Under the pieces are notes generated by a model. The model was given only the letters and a program-made list of their open reading frames with translations, did not search any database and was not told where the DNA came from. A program made the translations under genes and the position numbers. This document shows, one piece after another, positions 38,827-47,764 of a DNA stretch of 64,000 nt (its first letter is position 1; each line of letters starts with the position of its first letter). The stretch is from Thermoanaerobaculia bacterium (GTDB lineage Bacteria > Acidobacteriota > Thermoanaerobaculia > Multivoradales > JAHEKO01), in contig CAMYNM010000020.1 of NCBI GenBank assembly GCA_947259725.1, positions 18,584 through 82,583 on the forward strand, read 5' to 3'.

Positions 38827-40233
38827 TCAGTGGGCGAGTTCTTTCAGCTCGGCGACCAGACCCTGGAGTACCGCTTTGGCGTCGCCGAAGATCATCATCG
38901 TATTGTCGTTGTCGAACAAAGTGTTTTTGATGCCGGCAAAGCCGGGGCTCAGGCTGCGCTTGATCATCATCACGGTCTGGGCTTCGTAGCACTTGAGAAT
39001 CGGCATGCCGGCGATCGGCGAGTTGGGATCGGTCTCGGCTGCCGGATTGACCACGTCGTTGGCGCCCACGACGAGCACGACGTCGGTGGTCTTGAAATCG
39101 GAGTTGATGGCATCCATCTCGAAGAGCTTTTCGTAGGGGACGTCGGCGTCCGCGAGCAGGACGTTCATGTGGCCAGGCATGCGCCCGGCGACCGGATGGA
39201 TGGCATAGCTGACGCGGGCGCCCCGTGCTTCGAGGAGATCACCCAGCTCTCTCGCGACATGCTGCGCCTGGGCGACCGCCAGCCCGTAGCCCGGGACCAT
39301 GATCACCGAGCCCGCGGATTCCAGCACCATCGCCGCCTCCTCCGGCCCGCACGAGGTGATGTTCTGGTAGTCGCGGCTGTCGCCACTGGCCGTGGCGCCG
39401 CCGAAGCCCGAGAAGAGGACGTTGCCGAGTGTTCGGTTCATGGCGACGCACATGATCTGGGTGAGGATCAGCCCGGAAGCGCCGACCAGAGCGCCACCGA
39501 TGATCAGCAGGTTGTGCGCCAACACGAATCCGGTCGCGGCGGCGGCCACACCCGAAAGAGAGTTGAGCAGTGAGATCACCACCGGCATGTCGGCTCCGCC
39601 GATCGGAATCACCATCAGGACGCCCAGAACCAGGCTCAGCGCGGTCACGATGAGGAAGCTCGTCACCATGGCGCTCGAAGTGGCCTCCGAGGACATCAGG
39701 AAGGACGCCACGGCTCCCAGTATTACCAGGAGCAACGCCGCATTGATCCAATGCCTGCCCGGCAGCACCACCGGCGCTCCGCCGAGCTTGCCGCTGAGCT
39801 TGCCGAACGCCACCAGACTGCCGGTGAGAGTCACGCCGCCGATGAAGACCGAGAGGAAGCCACTCACGGAAGACGAGAGCGCGAGCGAAGTGCCTCCCTC
39901 CATTAGAGCGAGCGAGAACACCGACAGCGCCACCAGTGCCGAGGCGCCACCGCCGAAACCGTTGAACAGGGCGACCATCTCGGGCATCGAAGTCATGGCG
40001 ACTTTGAGTGCCGCGATCAGGCCGATCGTTCCTCCGACCACGAGGCCCGCCAGGATCCAGCGGTAGTCGACCTTGCCCATTTCCACCAGGGTGGTGATGC
40101 CGGCAAGGAGCATGGCCGCGGCAGCCATGGCGTTGCCGCGCCGCGCGGTCTTGACGCGGGTCAGGCCCTTGAGGCCGAAGATGAAAAGTACCGCCGAGGC
40201 GAGGTACAAAAGAGCGATCAGGTTGCCGCTCAT
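38827..40233 (-). CDS. pntB: NAD(P) transhydrogenase subunit beta
   Basis: MPEMVA.FNG.GG, IGGADMPVVIS.LNS, PGYG.AVAQAQ, HPVAGRMPGHMNVLL, GANDVVNP. Confidence 0.97.
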   Translation of the reverse strand: MSGNLIALLYLASAVLFIFGLKGLTRVKTARRGNAMAAAAMLLAGITTLVEMGKVDYRWILAGLVVGGTIGLIAALKVAMTSMPEMVALFNGFGGGASALVALSVFSLALMEGGTSLALSSSVSGFLSVFIGGVTLTGSLVAFGKLSGKLGGAPVVLPGRHWINAALLLVILGAVASFLMSSEATSSAMVTSFLIVTALSLVLGVLMVIPIGGADMPVVISLLNSLSGVAAAATGFVLAHNLLIIGGALVGASGLILTQIMCVAMNRTLGNVLFSGFGGATASGDSRDYQNITSCGPEEAAMVLESAGSVIMVPGYGLAVAQAQHVARELGDLLEARGARVSYAIHPVAGRMPGHMNVLLADADVPYEKLFEMDAINSDFKTTDVVLVVGANDVVNPAAETDPNSPIAGMPILKCYEAQTVMMIKRSLSPGFAGIKNTLFDNDNTMMIFGDAKAVLQGLVAELKELAH

Positions 40234-40532
40234 CAGGCGTCCTGCTTTTTCTTTTTCTTGCCGCTGAACATCGCGAGCATCCGGTCGGTGACGACGAAGC
40301 CACCGACCACGTTGATGGTTGCGAAGACGATCGCGACGAAGCCGAAGAGGCTCGACAACTCGGTCGATCCGGCGCGGGCGGCTTGAAAAGCGCCGAGCAC
40401 GGTGATGCCGGAGATCGCGTTGGCGCCCGACATCAGCGGAGTGTGCAGGGTGGGCGGAATCTTGGTGATCACCTCGAAGCCGACGAAGATCGCGAGGACG
40501 AAGACGTAGAGGCCTATGAGCAGTTCACCCAT
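40233..40532 (-). CDS. pntA: NAD(P) transhydrogenase subunit alpha, part 2 (membrane)
   Basis: LHTPLMSGANAISG, NVVGGF.VTDRML.MF. Confidence 0.95.
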   Translation of the reverse strand: MGELLIGLYVFVLAIFVGFEVITKIPPTLHTPLMSGANAISGITVLGAFQAARAGSTELSSLFGFVAIVFATINVVGGFVVTDRMLAMFSGKKKKKQDA

Positions 40533-41693
40533 CTAGTCTCCTGCGCTTCCTTGGTTTTCGGCGGCCGCTTCGCCGAGGATCAGCTGTCGCATGCTCGGGT
40601 TGACGATCTCGCCGCCGTGGGTCAGCAGGGCGCCGCTCTGAACGTCGTCTGCCGCGTCGATCGCGAGCTTGCCTTCGTCCAAGATGTGCTCGACCAGCGC
40701 CAGGATGTTGCGCGCGTACAGAGTGCTGGCATCGTGAGCCATGGTGGCGGCCAGGTTGGGCGGTCCGAGGATCAGGACCCCATCGTGGTTGACTTCTTCA
40801 TCGGCGCGGGTGAGTTCGCAGTTGCCGCCGCTCGAAGCCGCCAGGTCGATCACGACGGAACCCGGCTTCATGCCCTCGATCATCTCGCGACTGACGATTC
40901 GAGGAGCCGGTCTGCCTGGTACCTGGGCAGTGGTGATGACGACGTCCGCGGCCGCGATGTGCCTGGCGAGAAGCTCGCGCTGACGTGCCAGGAAGTCTTC
41001 GCCCATTTCCTTGGCGTAACCGCCTTCGTCCTCGGCGGCCTCGGCTTCCGGAGCTTCGATGTAGCGGCCCCCCAGAGATTGAACCTGCTCCTTGACCGCC
41101 GGCCGGATGTCGGAGACTTCGACCACCGCTCCCAGCCGCTTGGCCGTGGCGATCGCCTGCAGCCCGGCGACGCCGGCGCCGATGATGACCACCTTCGAGG
41201 GAGGCACGGTGCCGGCTGCGGTCATCAAAAGAGGAAAATATCGGCCAAGGCGCGAGGCGGCAAGGAGCACCGCCTTGTAGCCCGCGATCGACGCTTGCGA
41301 CGAGAGAGCGTCCATGGTTTGGGCACGCGTGATTCGTGGCACCAGTTCCAGTGCCAGCGATGTGATTCCCCGCTTCGCGAGCAGCTTCACCTCTTCTTGG
41401 TGGCTGTAGGGGTCGAGGAGCCCGATCGCCGCGCAGCCGGTCTTGAGTTGTTCGATGATCTCGGGCCCGATCGGCCCCACCGTGAGAACCGCGTCGGCTT
41501 CGTCCCAGGCAGCGGCCGCGACGATCTGGGCACCGGCCGCGGTGAACGCCTCGTCGGTGAATGCGGCCTCGGTCCCGGCCCCGGCTTCCACGGCCACGGC
41601 GTGCTCGTGCTCGACCAGCCGACCCACGGTCTCGGGCGTGGCCGCAACACGTCGTTCGCGAGCATCCGGTTCGCGCGGGATGAAAAACAGCAT
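40533..41693 (-). CDS. pntA: NAD(P) transhydrogenase subunit alpha, part 1 (dI)
   Basis: ERRVA.TP, PRITRAQ.MDALSSQ, GAGVAGLQAI, GGYAKE, GGNCE; start ATG 41693. Confidence 0.95.
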   Translation of the reverse strand: MLFFIPREPDARERRVAATPETVGRLVEHEHAVAVEAGAGTEAAFTDEAFTAAGAQIVAAAAWDEADAVLTVGPIGPEIIEQLKTGCAAIGLLDPYSHQEEVKLLAKRGITSLALELVPRITRAQTMDALSSQASIAGYKAVLLAASRLGRYFPLLMTAAGTVPPSKVVIIGAGVAGLQAIATAKRLGAVVEVSDIRPAVKEQVQSLGGRYIEAPEAEAAEDEGGYAKEMGEDFLARQRELLARHIAAADVVITTAQVPGRPAPRIVSREMIEGMKPGSVVIDLAASSGGNCELTRADEEVNHDGVLILGPPNLAATMAHDASTLYARNILALVEHILDEGKLAIDAADDVQSGALLTHGGEIVNPSMRQLILGEAAAENQGSAGD

Positions 41694-41856
41694 GTGAGGT
41701 GGTTGGGCTCGCTCGAACGCGCTCTGTTGTCGATTCGGAAGCCGCCGCGCAGCGAAACCGTGGGCATCCTCGTCAATGTGAGACACGATGTCAACACCCC
41801 ATCGAGCGCGTTTCGAACAGTCTGTTTGGGTGGGAGGCGCGTGCTATGTTTTTGGC

Positions 41857-42498
41857 ATGTCTCCGCGCTTCATCACCTTCGAGGGCCTCGACGGGAGCGG
41901 AAAGTCGAGTCATCTCGAAACCGCCGTGAGCTGGTTCGTGCAGGCCGGGATTCCGGTCGTGAGTACTCACGAGCCCGGTGGCACCCCGTTGGGTGACGCC
42001 ATTCGCAGGCTTTTTTTGGATCCGAAGTGGGGACGCCTTGACGGTACGGTCGAGAGCCTGCTGGTTTTCGCCAGCCGAAGGCAGCATCTGCTCGAAGTCA
42101 TCGATCCGGCGCTCGCCGAGGGTAGGGTCGTTGTGTGCGATCGATTCACCGATTCAACGCTGGCCTATCAGGGAGCCGGCCGGGGTGTACCGCTCGATGT
42201 CCTGCGCGACGCCGACCGACTGGCGACCGGCAGCAGAGTGCCGGATCGAACGCTGCTGTTCGACTTGCCCGCCGAGATCGCGCGCGAACGCGGTCAGGGC
42301 GACAGTCGCCGCGCGGAGCCGGGAGGAGTCGATCGCCTGGATGCCGAGGAACTTTCCTTCTACTCACGGGTTCGCCAGGGCTATCGCGACGTGGCGGCAG
42401 CCGAGCCGCACCGCTTTCGAATCATCGACTCGTCCGGAAGCCGTGATCAGACGGAGGCCCAGGTGCGCGCCGCCCTGGTCGATGTGCTGGAGGCGTAA
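41857..42498 (+). CDS. tmk: Thymidylate kinase
   Basis: FITFEGLDGSGKS, EPGGT, CDRF.DS.LAYQG. Confidence 0.96.
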   Translation: MSPRFITFEGLDGSGKSSHLETAVSWFVQAGIPVVSTHEPGGTPLGDAIRRLFLDPKWGRLDGTVESLLVFASRRQHLLEVIDPALAEGRVVVCDRFTDSTLAYQGAGRGVPLDVLRDADRLATGSRVPDRTLLFDLPAEIARERGQGDSRRAEPGGVDRLDAEELSFYSRVRQGYRDVAAAEPHRFRIIDSSGSRDQTEAQVRAALVDVLEA

Positions 42499-43358
42499 TG
42501 GATCTCAGCGCGACCATGGAGCTAGCCCGTTCCGGGAGGCTGTACCCGTCTCTCATTCTCCACGGAGCAGACGAGGCCGAACGCCGGGCCGCGGCGCTCG
42601 AGCTGGGCCGGTGCCTTCTCTGCGATCCGTCGCCGAGCGATCGCGTGCGGCCGTGTGGAAGCTGCCGCCACTGTCGCCGTGTCGGGTGGGGTTCGGCGGG
42701 CGCAGACGCTTTTCACCCCGATTTTCAGGTTCTGGAGCGCGATCTGAAGACGGTCACCTCGGTCGAAGCCACCAAGGCCTTTCTGCGCGGCGCCCAGGTG
42801 ACCCCGTTCGAGGCCGCAGGTCAGGTCTTCGTGATTGCCAGTGCCGAGACGCTGAGCGGCGAGGCGGCCAACGCGCTGCTCAAGCTCCTCGAGGAGCCTC
42901 CTGGCAAGACCCAGAGGCATTTCCTGCTTCTCGCCCCGTCGCAGTTTGACCTGCTGCCGACCCTGCGCAGCCGCTCTCTGGCTATTTTTCTCGGCGCCGG
43001 CTCGAGGCCCGGAGGTGACGGCGTCGCCCGAGCGGCAGCGGAGCTGGGCCAGGCTCTCGAGAGCTATCTCGGGAGTCGCCATGCTGGCGAGCTTCTCGCC
43101 GCCGCCACGGTACTGAAGGGATCGGCCAAGTGGGACGATGCCCGCTCCAGGGCTCCTTGGGAGCATGCCGCGACGATCGCGCTCGAGTGCGCCGGCGGTC
43201 ACGCCGATCCGGCGGTCAGGCGAGCCTTGCTGGCTCTGGCCTCGGATCTCCTCGAGGCACCGAGGCTGCGTTTGCGCGGCATCCCGCCAGAGCGTATCCT
43301 CGAAGGCGCCGTCAGCCGGCGGCTCGCCGGGTTGGCACTCGCCGACGCCGCGCCTTGA
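42498..43358 (+). CDS. holB: DNA polymerase III subunit delta' (divergent)
   Basis: Follows tmk; C..PCG.C..C zinc module, HPDF, AANALLKLLEEPP, LLPTLRSR. Confidence 0.85.
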   Translation: MDLSATMELARSGRLYPSLILHGADEAERRAAALELGRCLLCDPSPSDRVRPCGSCRHCRRVGWGSAGADAFHPDFQVLERDLKTVTSVEATKAFLRGAQVTPFEAAGQVFVIASAETLSGEAANALLKLLEEPPGKTQRHFLLLAPSQFDLLPTLRSRSLAIFLGAGSRPGGDGVARAAAELGQALESYLGSRHAGELLAAATVLKGSAKWDDARSRAPWEHAATIALECAGGHADPAVRRALLALASDLLEAPRLRLRGIPPERILEGAVSRRLAGLALADAAP

Positions 43359-43430
43359 CCTCGACTCAACCCTCGGTATCATGCGCTGATCGGCGCCCGC
43401 TGGACTGCGGCGCCCGAAAGGAAAGACAAC

Positions 43431-44507
43431 ATGAAAACTGCACATAACGACAAGAAAACCTGGAAGCTCAGCTGGATCGCGGCACTGGCCGCGGTCGTCG
43501 TGATCGTCGCCTGGATGGCCTCCGGCAGCGCTTCGGCTCAAAAGGACGTCGCCGGCAAGGACGGGGCAGGGGGTACGAGCGTTCTCGCCCGCATCGGCGA
43601 GGTCGAGATCCTCAGCTCCGATGTCGAGGCCACCGTCGCCACCGAGCTGGGTGAGCTGGATCGCCAGCGCCACGAGCTGATGGAGAAAGGTCTTGAAGCC
43701 GCCATCAACGACGCCCTGGTCGAGATCGCGGCCGAACAAAAGGGCATGACCTCCGAGGACTTTCTCAAGGCCGAGGTGGACGCGAAGGTCACCGCGGTGA
43801 CTGACGCCGACGTCGATCAGTTCTACGAAGCCAGAAAAGGCCAGATCAACCAGCCCAAGGAGGCGATCGTCGGGCAGATTCGGCAGTATCTCGAGCAGAC
43901 CGGCAGGAACGAGGCCTTCGGCGCCCTGGTGGCCGAACTGCGCAAGGAACATAAGCCGCAGGTGCTGCTCGAGCCCATGCGGGTCGAAGTGGCGGAGGGC
44001 GGCGCTCCGGCCAAGGGCCCCGAATCGGCCCCGGTGACGATCGTGGAGTTTTCGGACTTCCAGTGTCCATTCTGCTCGCGGGTCATCCCCACACTCGACA
44101 AGGTTACGGAAACCTACGGAGACCAGGTACGCCTGGTTTTTCGCCAGTTTCCGCTCCACAGCATTCACCCGCAAGCGCAGAAAGCCGCCGAGGCGGCGCT
44201 TTGCGCCGACGATCAGGGCAAGTTCTGGGAGATGCATGACGCGTTGTTCCAGAACCAGAGCAAGCTTCAGGTAGCCGATCTCAAATCGAGAGCCGCCGAG
44301 CTCGAGCTCGACGCCGCGGCGTTCGAGAAGTGCCTGGATAGCGGGCAGCACGCCGATCGGGTGACTGCCGACCTCGAGGCCGGAATGGCGGCGGGCGTTA
44401 CCGGAACCCCGGCCATGTTCATCAACGGCCGCTTCCTCTCGGGCGCGCAACCGTTCGAGGCGATTTCCAAGGTCATCGACGACGAGCTGAGTCGCGCCGG
44501 CGGCTAA
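43431..44507 (+). CDS. DsbA/thioredoxin-domain protein with N-terminal helical region
   Basis: EFSDFQCPFC, FPL..H, GVTGTP..FING; N-terminal TM/signal. Confidence 0.9.
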   Translation: MKTAHNDKKTWKLSWIAALAAVVVIVAWMASGSASAQKDVAGKDGAGGTSVLARIGEVEILSSDVEATVATELGELDRQRHELMEKGLEAAINDALVEIAAEQKGMTSEDFLKAEVDAKVTAVTDADVDQFYEARKGQINQPKEAIVGQIRQYLEQTGRNEAFGALVAELRKEHKPQVLLEPMRVEVAEGGAPAKGPESAPVTIVEFSDFQCPFCSRVIPTLDKVTETYGDQVRLVFRQFPLHSIHPQAQKAAEAALCADDQGKFWEMHDALFQNQSKLQVADLKSRAAELELDAAAFEKCLDSGQHADRVTADLEAGMAAGVTGTPAMFINGRFLSGAQPFEAISKVIDDELSRAGG

Positions 44508-44532
44508 GGCCCGTTCACGGACTCGTCGCGGC

Positions 44533-45957
44533 GTGCCAGGCGATATCTCGGCCGAGCAGTTCGATCGCGCTCTGCGCCGAACGGCGCAGAAGCTGTCCGC
44601 CTACCTGGGCGGTGTCGGACGGTTCCCGGTTTTGCCGCGAGTCGAACCGGGCGACATCTCCGGCGCGCTGCCCGAGGATCCTCCCGCCCGCGGGGAGGAC
44701 CTCGGCGTGATCCTGGATGACTACGAGCGGCTCATCGAGCCGAATGTGACCCATTGGAATCATCCCGGTTTCATGGCGTATTTCGCGATTAGCGGTTCCG
44801 CGCCTGGGGTCATCGGCGAGGCGCTGACGGCGGGCCTCAACGTCAACGCGATGAAATGGCAGAGCTCTCCGGCCGCGACCGAGCTCGAGCTAACGGTGTG
44901 TGGGTGGCTGCGCAGCATGGTCGGTTTGCCGGCCGCGTTTCGAGGGCACATCAACGATACTGCATCCACCTCGACCTTGTTGGCGCTGGCCGCGGCCCGG
45001 CATCGCAAGTTCCCCGCAGTCAGACAGTCGGGCGCCGGGGCGGGAGGCGATCTGTGCGTCTACGCGAGCGAGCAGGCGCACTCGTCGGTCGACAAGGGTG
45101 CCATGGTGCTCGGGTTCGGCCTGGATCACGTCCGGCACATTGCCGTCAACGAGCACTTCGAGATGCGCGCGCAGGCGCTGCGGCGGGCGGTCGAGACCGA
45201 CCTTGCCTCGGGTAAGGTCCCCTTGGCCGTGGTCGCTACCGTGGGCACGACGTCAACCACCAGCGTCGATCCGGTCGCGGCGGTTGCCGAGATCTGCCGC
45301 GAGCACGAGCTGTGGCTTCATGTGGATGCCGCGTATGCCGGGAGCGCGGCCGTCTGTTCGGAGCTCAGGCCTCTGCTTGAGGGATGGCAGCTGGCGGACT
45401 CGATCGTGTTGAATCCCCACAAGTGGCTGTTCACGCCGGTTGATTGCTCGGTGCTCTTTGTCCGCGACCTCGCTCAGTGGCAGGACGCGTTCGCCCTGGT
45501 TCCGGCGTACTTGCGCTCGAGCGAAGAGGGAAGCCTCGACCTCATGGATCTCGGATTCCAGCTCGGCCGCCGCTTCCGGGCGCTCAAGCTGTGGATGGTG
45601 ATCCGCGCGTTCGGCGTCGAGGGCCTGGCGGAGCGGATCAGAGAACACTGCCGGCTGGCGCGCGAGCTGAGCTCGTGGATCGACGCATCGCCCCACTTCG
45701 AGCGCCTGGCTCCGGTACCGTTCAGCGCGGTCTGCTTTCGCGCCCGATTTGCGGGGGCGACGCCTGAGGAAGAGGACCGGCTCAACCAGCGCCTGATGGC
45801 CGCGGTCAACGCCGAAGGCTCCGTCTTCATCACTCAGACGAAACTGAACGAGCGGTTCGTGCTGCGCGCGGCGATCGGCAACATCAAGACGACGCTCGAC
45901 CACGTCGAGGCGCTCTGGCGGCTTCTCGAGGACTCGGCCGCGCAGCTGCGCGACTAG
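44533..45957 (+). CDS. PLP-dependent group II (aromatic-L-amino-acid-type) decarboxylase
   Basis: HWNHP.F.AYF, SPAATELE, HSSVDK, HVDAAY, NPHKW, GRRFRALKLW. Confidence 0.93.
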   Translation: MPGDISAEQFDRALRRTAQKLSAYLGGVGRFPVLPRVEPGDISGALPEDPPARGEDLGVILDDYERLIEPNVTHWNHPGFMAYFAISGSAPGVIGEALTAGLNVNAMKWQSSPAATELELTVCGWLRSMVGLPAAFRGHINDTASTSTLLALAAARHRKFPAVRQSGAGAGGDLCVYASEQAHSSVDKGAMVLGFGLDHVRHIAVNEHFEMRAQALRRAVETDLASGKVPLAVVATVGTTSTTSVDPVAAVAEICREHELWLHVDAAYAGSAAVCSELRPLLEGWQLADSIVLNPHKWLFTPVDCSVLFVRDLAQWQDAFALVPAYLRSSEEGSLDLMDLGFQLGRRFRALKLWMVIRAFGVEGLAERIREHCRLARELSSWIDASPHFERLAPVPFSAVCFRARFAGATPEEEDRLNQRLMAAVNAEGSVFITQTKLNERFVLRAAIGNIKTTLDHVEALWRLLEDSAAQLRD

Positions 45958-46000
45958 CACCGCACCGGCTTCGGATCCCCTCGGGTAAGCTCTGTCGAGC

Positions 46001-47056
46001 ATGAGTGAGCAAGTGTTCAAGGCGTTGGTTCTCGCCGGAGGCAGCGGTACCCGTTTCTGGCCGCTGAGCCGAGCCTCGCGGCCCAAGCAGCTCCTCGCGC
46101 TCGAGGGCGACGAGAGCCTATTGGTGCGCACTGTGCGCCGGCTCGCGCCACTGGTGGAGCCTTCCAGCGTCTGGGTGGGCACGACTCGGAGCCTGGCTGA
46201 TCAGGTGCGTGAACAGTTGCCGGAAGTGCCCGCGGACCAGATACTGGCGGAACCGGAGGGCCGAGACACGACGGCTGCGATCGGCTGGTCCTTGGATCAG
46301 ATGGATGCCGAGGACTCGGTCGTGGCGGTATTACCCGCCGACCATCGAGTGGGCGACGAGCGGGCCTTTCGCGCAACTCTCGCGCAGGCGGTGGAGATCG
46401 TGGGCACGCAGGACCGGGTCATGACACTGGGTGTGTTGCCGCGCTGGCCGGAGCCCGGTTTCGGCTATCTCGAGCTGGGCGAGGTCGAGAATCCGCGAAC
46501 CGGCCTGCGGCGCGTGGCGGCCTTCAAGGAAAAGCCCGATCCTGAGACTGCCGAGACCTACTTCCGAGGTGGCAACCATCTCTGGAACGCGGGCATCTTC
46601 GTTTTTCGTGGTGGGCGACTGCTCGAGCTGATCGGTCTTCACGAGCCGGATGTCGCGGACGGATTGCGGCGCATCCGCGAGCGGCCCGAGCGGCTGGATC
46701 TCTTCTACGGACAGCTTCCCAAGATCTCGATCGACTTCGCGGTCATGGAGAAGTGCGACGACCTCGGAACCTTGCCGCTCGATTGCGATTGGAGCGACCT
46801 GGGTTCATGGGAGGCCCTGGCGGAGATCTTGGACCGGGACGCGAACGGCAACGCGATCCGTGGCCGGGCCGTCACCCAGGACTCGAGCGGCAACCTCCTG
46901 GTCGCGGCGCACGGTACGATTGCCACGGTGGGTGTTTCGGATTTGATCGTCGTGCGCACGGAAGATTCGGTTCTGGTGATTCCCAAGAGCCGGGCCCAGG
47001 AGGTCAAGCAACTCGTGGATCGGCTGCGCCAAGGGGACTTCGAAGATCTTCTCTGA
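46001..47056 (+). CDS. manC: Mannose-1-phosphate guanylyltransferase
   Basis: LAGGSGTRFWPLSR..PKQ, EP.GR.T, PADH, FKEKP, WNAGIF, SIDFAVME, WSDLGSW. Confidence 0.93.
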   Translation: MSEQVFKALVLAGGSGTRFWPLSRASRPKQLLALEGDESLLVRTVRRLAPLVEPSSVWVGTTRSLADQVREQLPEVPADQILAEPEGRDTTAAIGWSLDQMDAEDSVVAVLPADHRVGDERAFRATLAQAVEIVGTQDRVMTLGVLPRWPEPGFGYLELGEVENPRTGLRRVAAFKEKPDPETAETYFRGGNHLWNAGIFVFRGGRLLELIGLHEPDVADGLRRIRERPERLDLFYGQLPKISIDFAVMEKCDDLGTLPLDCDWSDLGSWEALAEILDRDANGNAIRGRAVTQDSSGNLLVAAHGTIATVGVSDLIVVRTEDSVLVIPKSRAQEVKQLVDRLRQGDFEDLL

Positions 47057-47068
47057 GAGCTTGCGGCT

Positions 47069-47764
47069 GTGATTCCGGTTCAGATCGCGGCGCACGGGCG
47101 GGAACGAAGCCTGGCCGAGACCGATCTGCCCCTGTGCTTGGAGTCCTTCTTTGGAGGATCTCCGGGCGCCTCTTGGGAGGTGGAGATCGGATTCGGCAAG
47201 GGCAAGTACCTTCTCGAGCAGGCTCGGAACCGGCCCCAAGTGGGTTTTCTCGGAATCGAGGTCGCCTCCAAGTACTACCGCCACGTTCGGGATCGCGCCG
47301 GAGAGCTGGAGAACGTGGTGCTGCTGCGGGGCGAGGCGCTGTACCTTCTGGCGAGCGTCCTACCACCTAGTTTTGCGAGTGTAGTTCACGTCTACTTTCC
47401 CGATCCGTGGCCGAAAGCCCGGCACCACTGCCGGCGTCTCTTCGATCCCGAGTCCGTCGATCTCATTCTGCGGCTTCTCCGACCGGCAGGCCGATTGCTG
47501 TTCGCCACCGACTTTCTGGACTACGGCGACCGGGTCGAACGGCTGTTGCGAGAGCATTCGGGGCTGCAGGTGGCGAGGGCGGATGACTTCTGGGGCGCTC
47601 GGCCGCGCACCCACTACGAAGACAAGTACCATCGGGAGGGTCGGCCGATTCTGCGCATCGAGGCGCGGCTCGCTCGCTCGAGCGACTTGATTCATCCGCG
47701 GGCCGGCCTGGGCGTAGTGGCCGGCGTGGCCAGGCCCACCGATGACGAGACCGAGATCCGATGA
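47069..47764 (+). CDS. trmB: tRNA (guanine-N7)-methyltransferase
   Basis: EIGFGKG, FLGIE, FPDPWPK.RH..RR, ATD..Y, T.YE.K. Confidence 0.88.
   Translation: MIPVQIAAHGRERSLAETDLPLCLESFFGGSPGASWEVEIGFGKGKYLLEQARNRPQVGFLGIEVASKYYRHVRDRAGELENVVLLRGEALYLLASVLPPSFASVVHVYFPDPWPKARHHCRRLFDPESVDLILRLLRPAGRLLFATDFLDYGDRVERLLREHSGLQVARADDFWGARPRTHYEDKYHREGRPILRIEARLARSSDLIHPRAGLGVVAGVARPTDDETEIR

Noticed and set aside
41776..41796. TGTGAGACACGATGTCAACA upstream of pntA as a Rex/CRP/FNR box
   Set aside because: Half-sites and spacing do not fit these consensus sequences.
42498..43358. holB as a pseudogene because of its degenerate Walker A
   Set aside because: The frame is intact and delta' subunits normally lack a functional P-loop.
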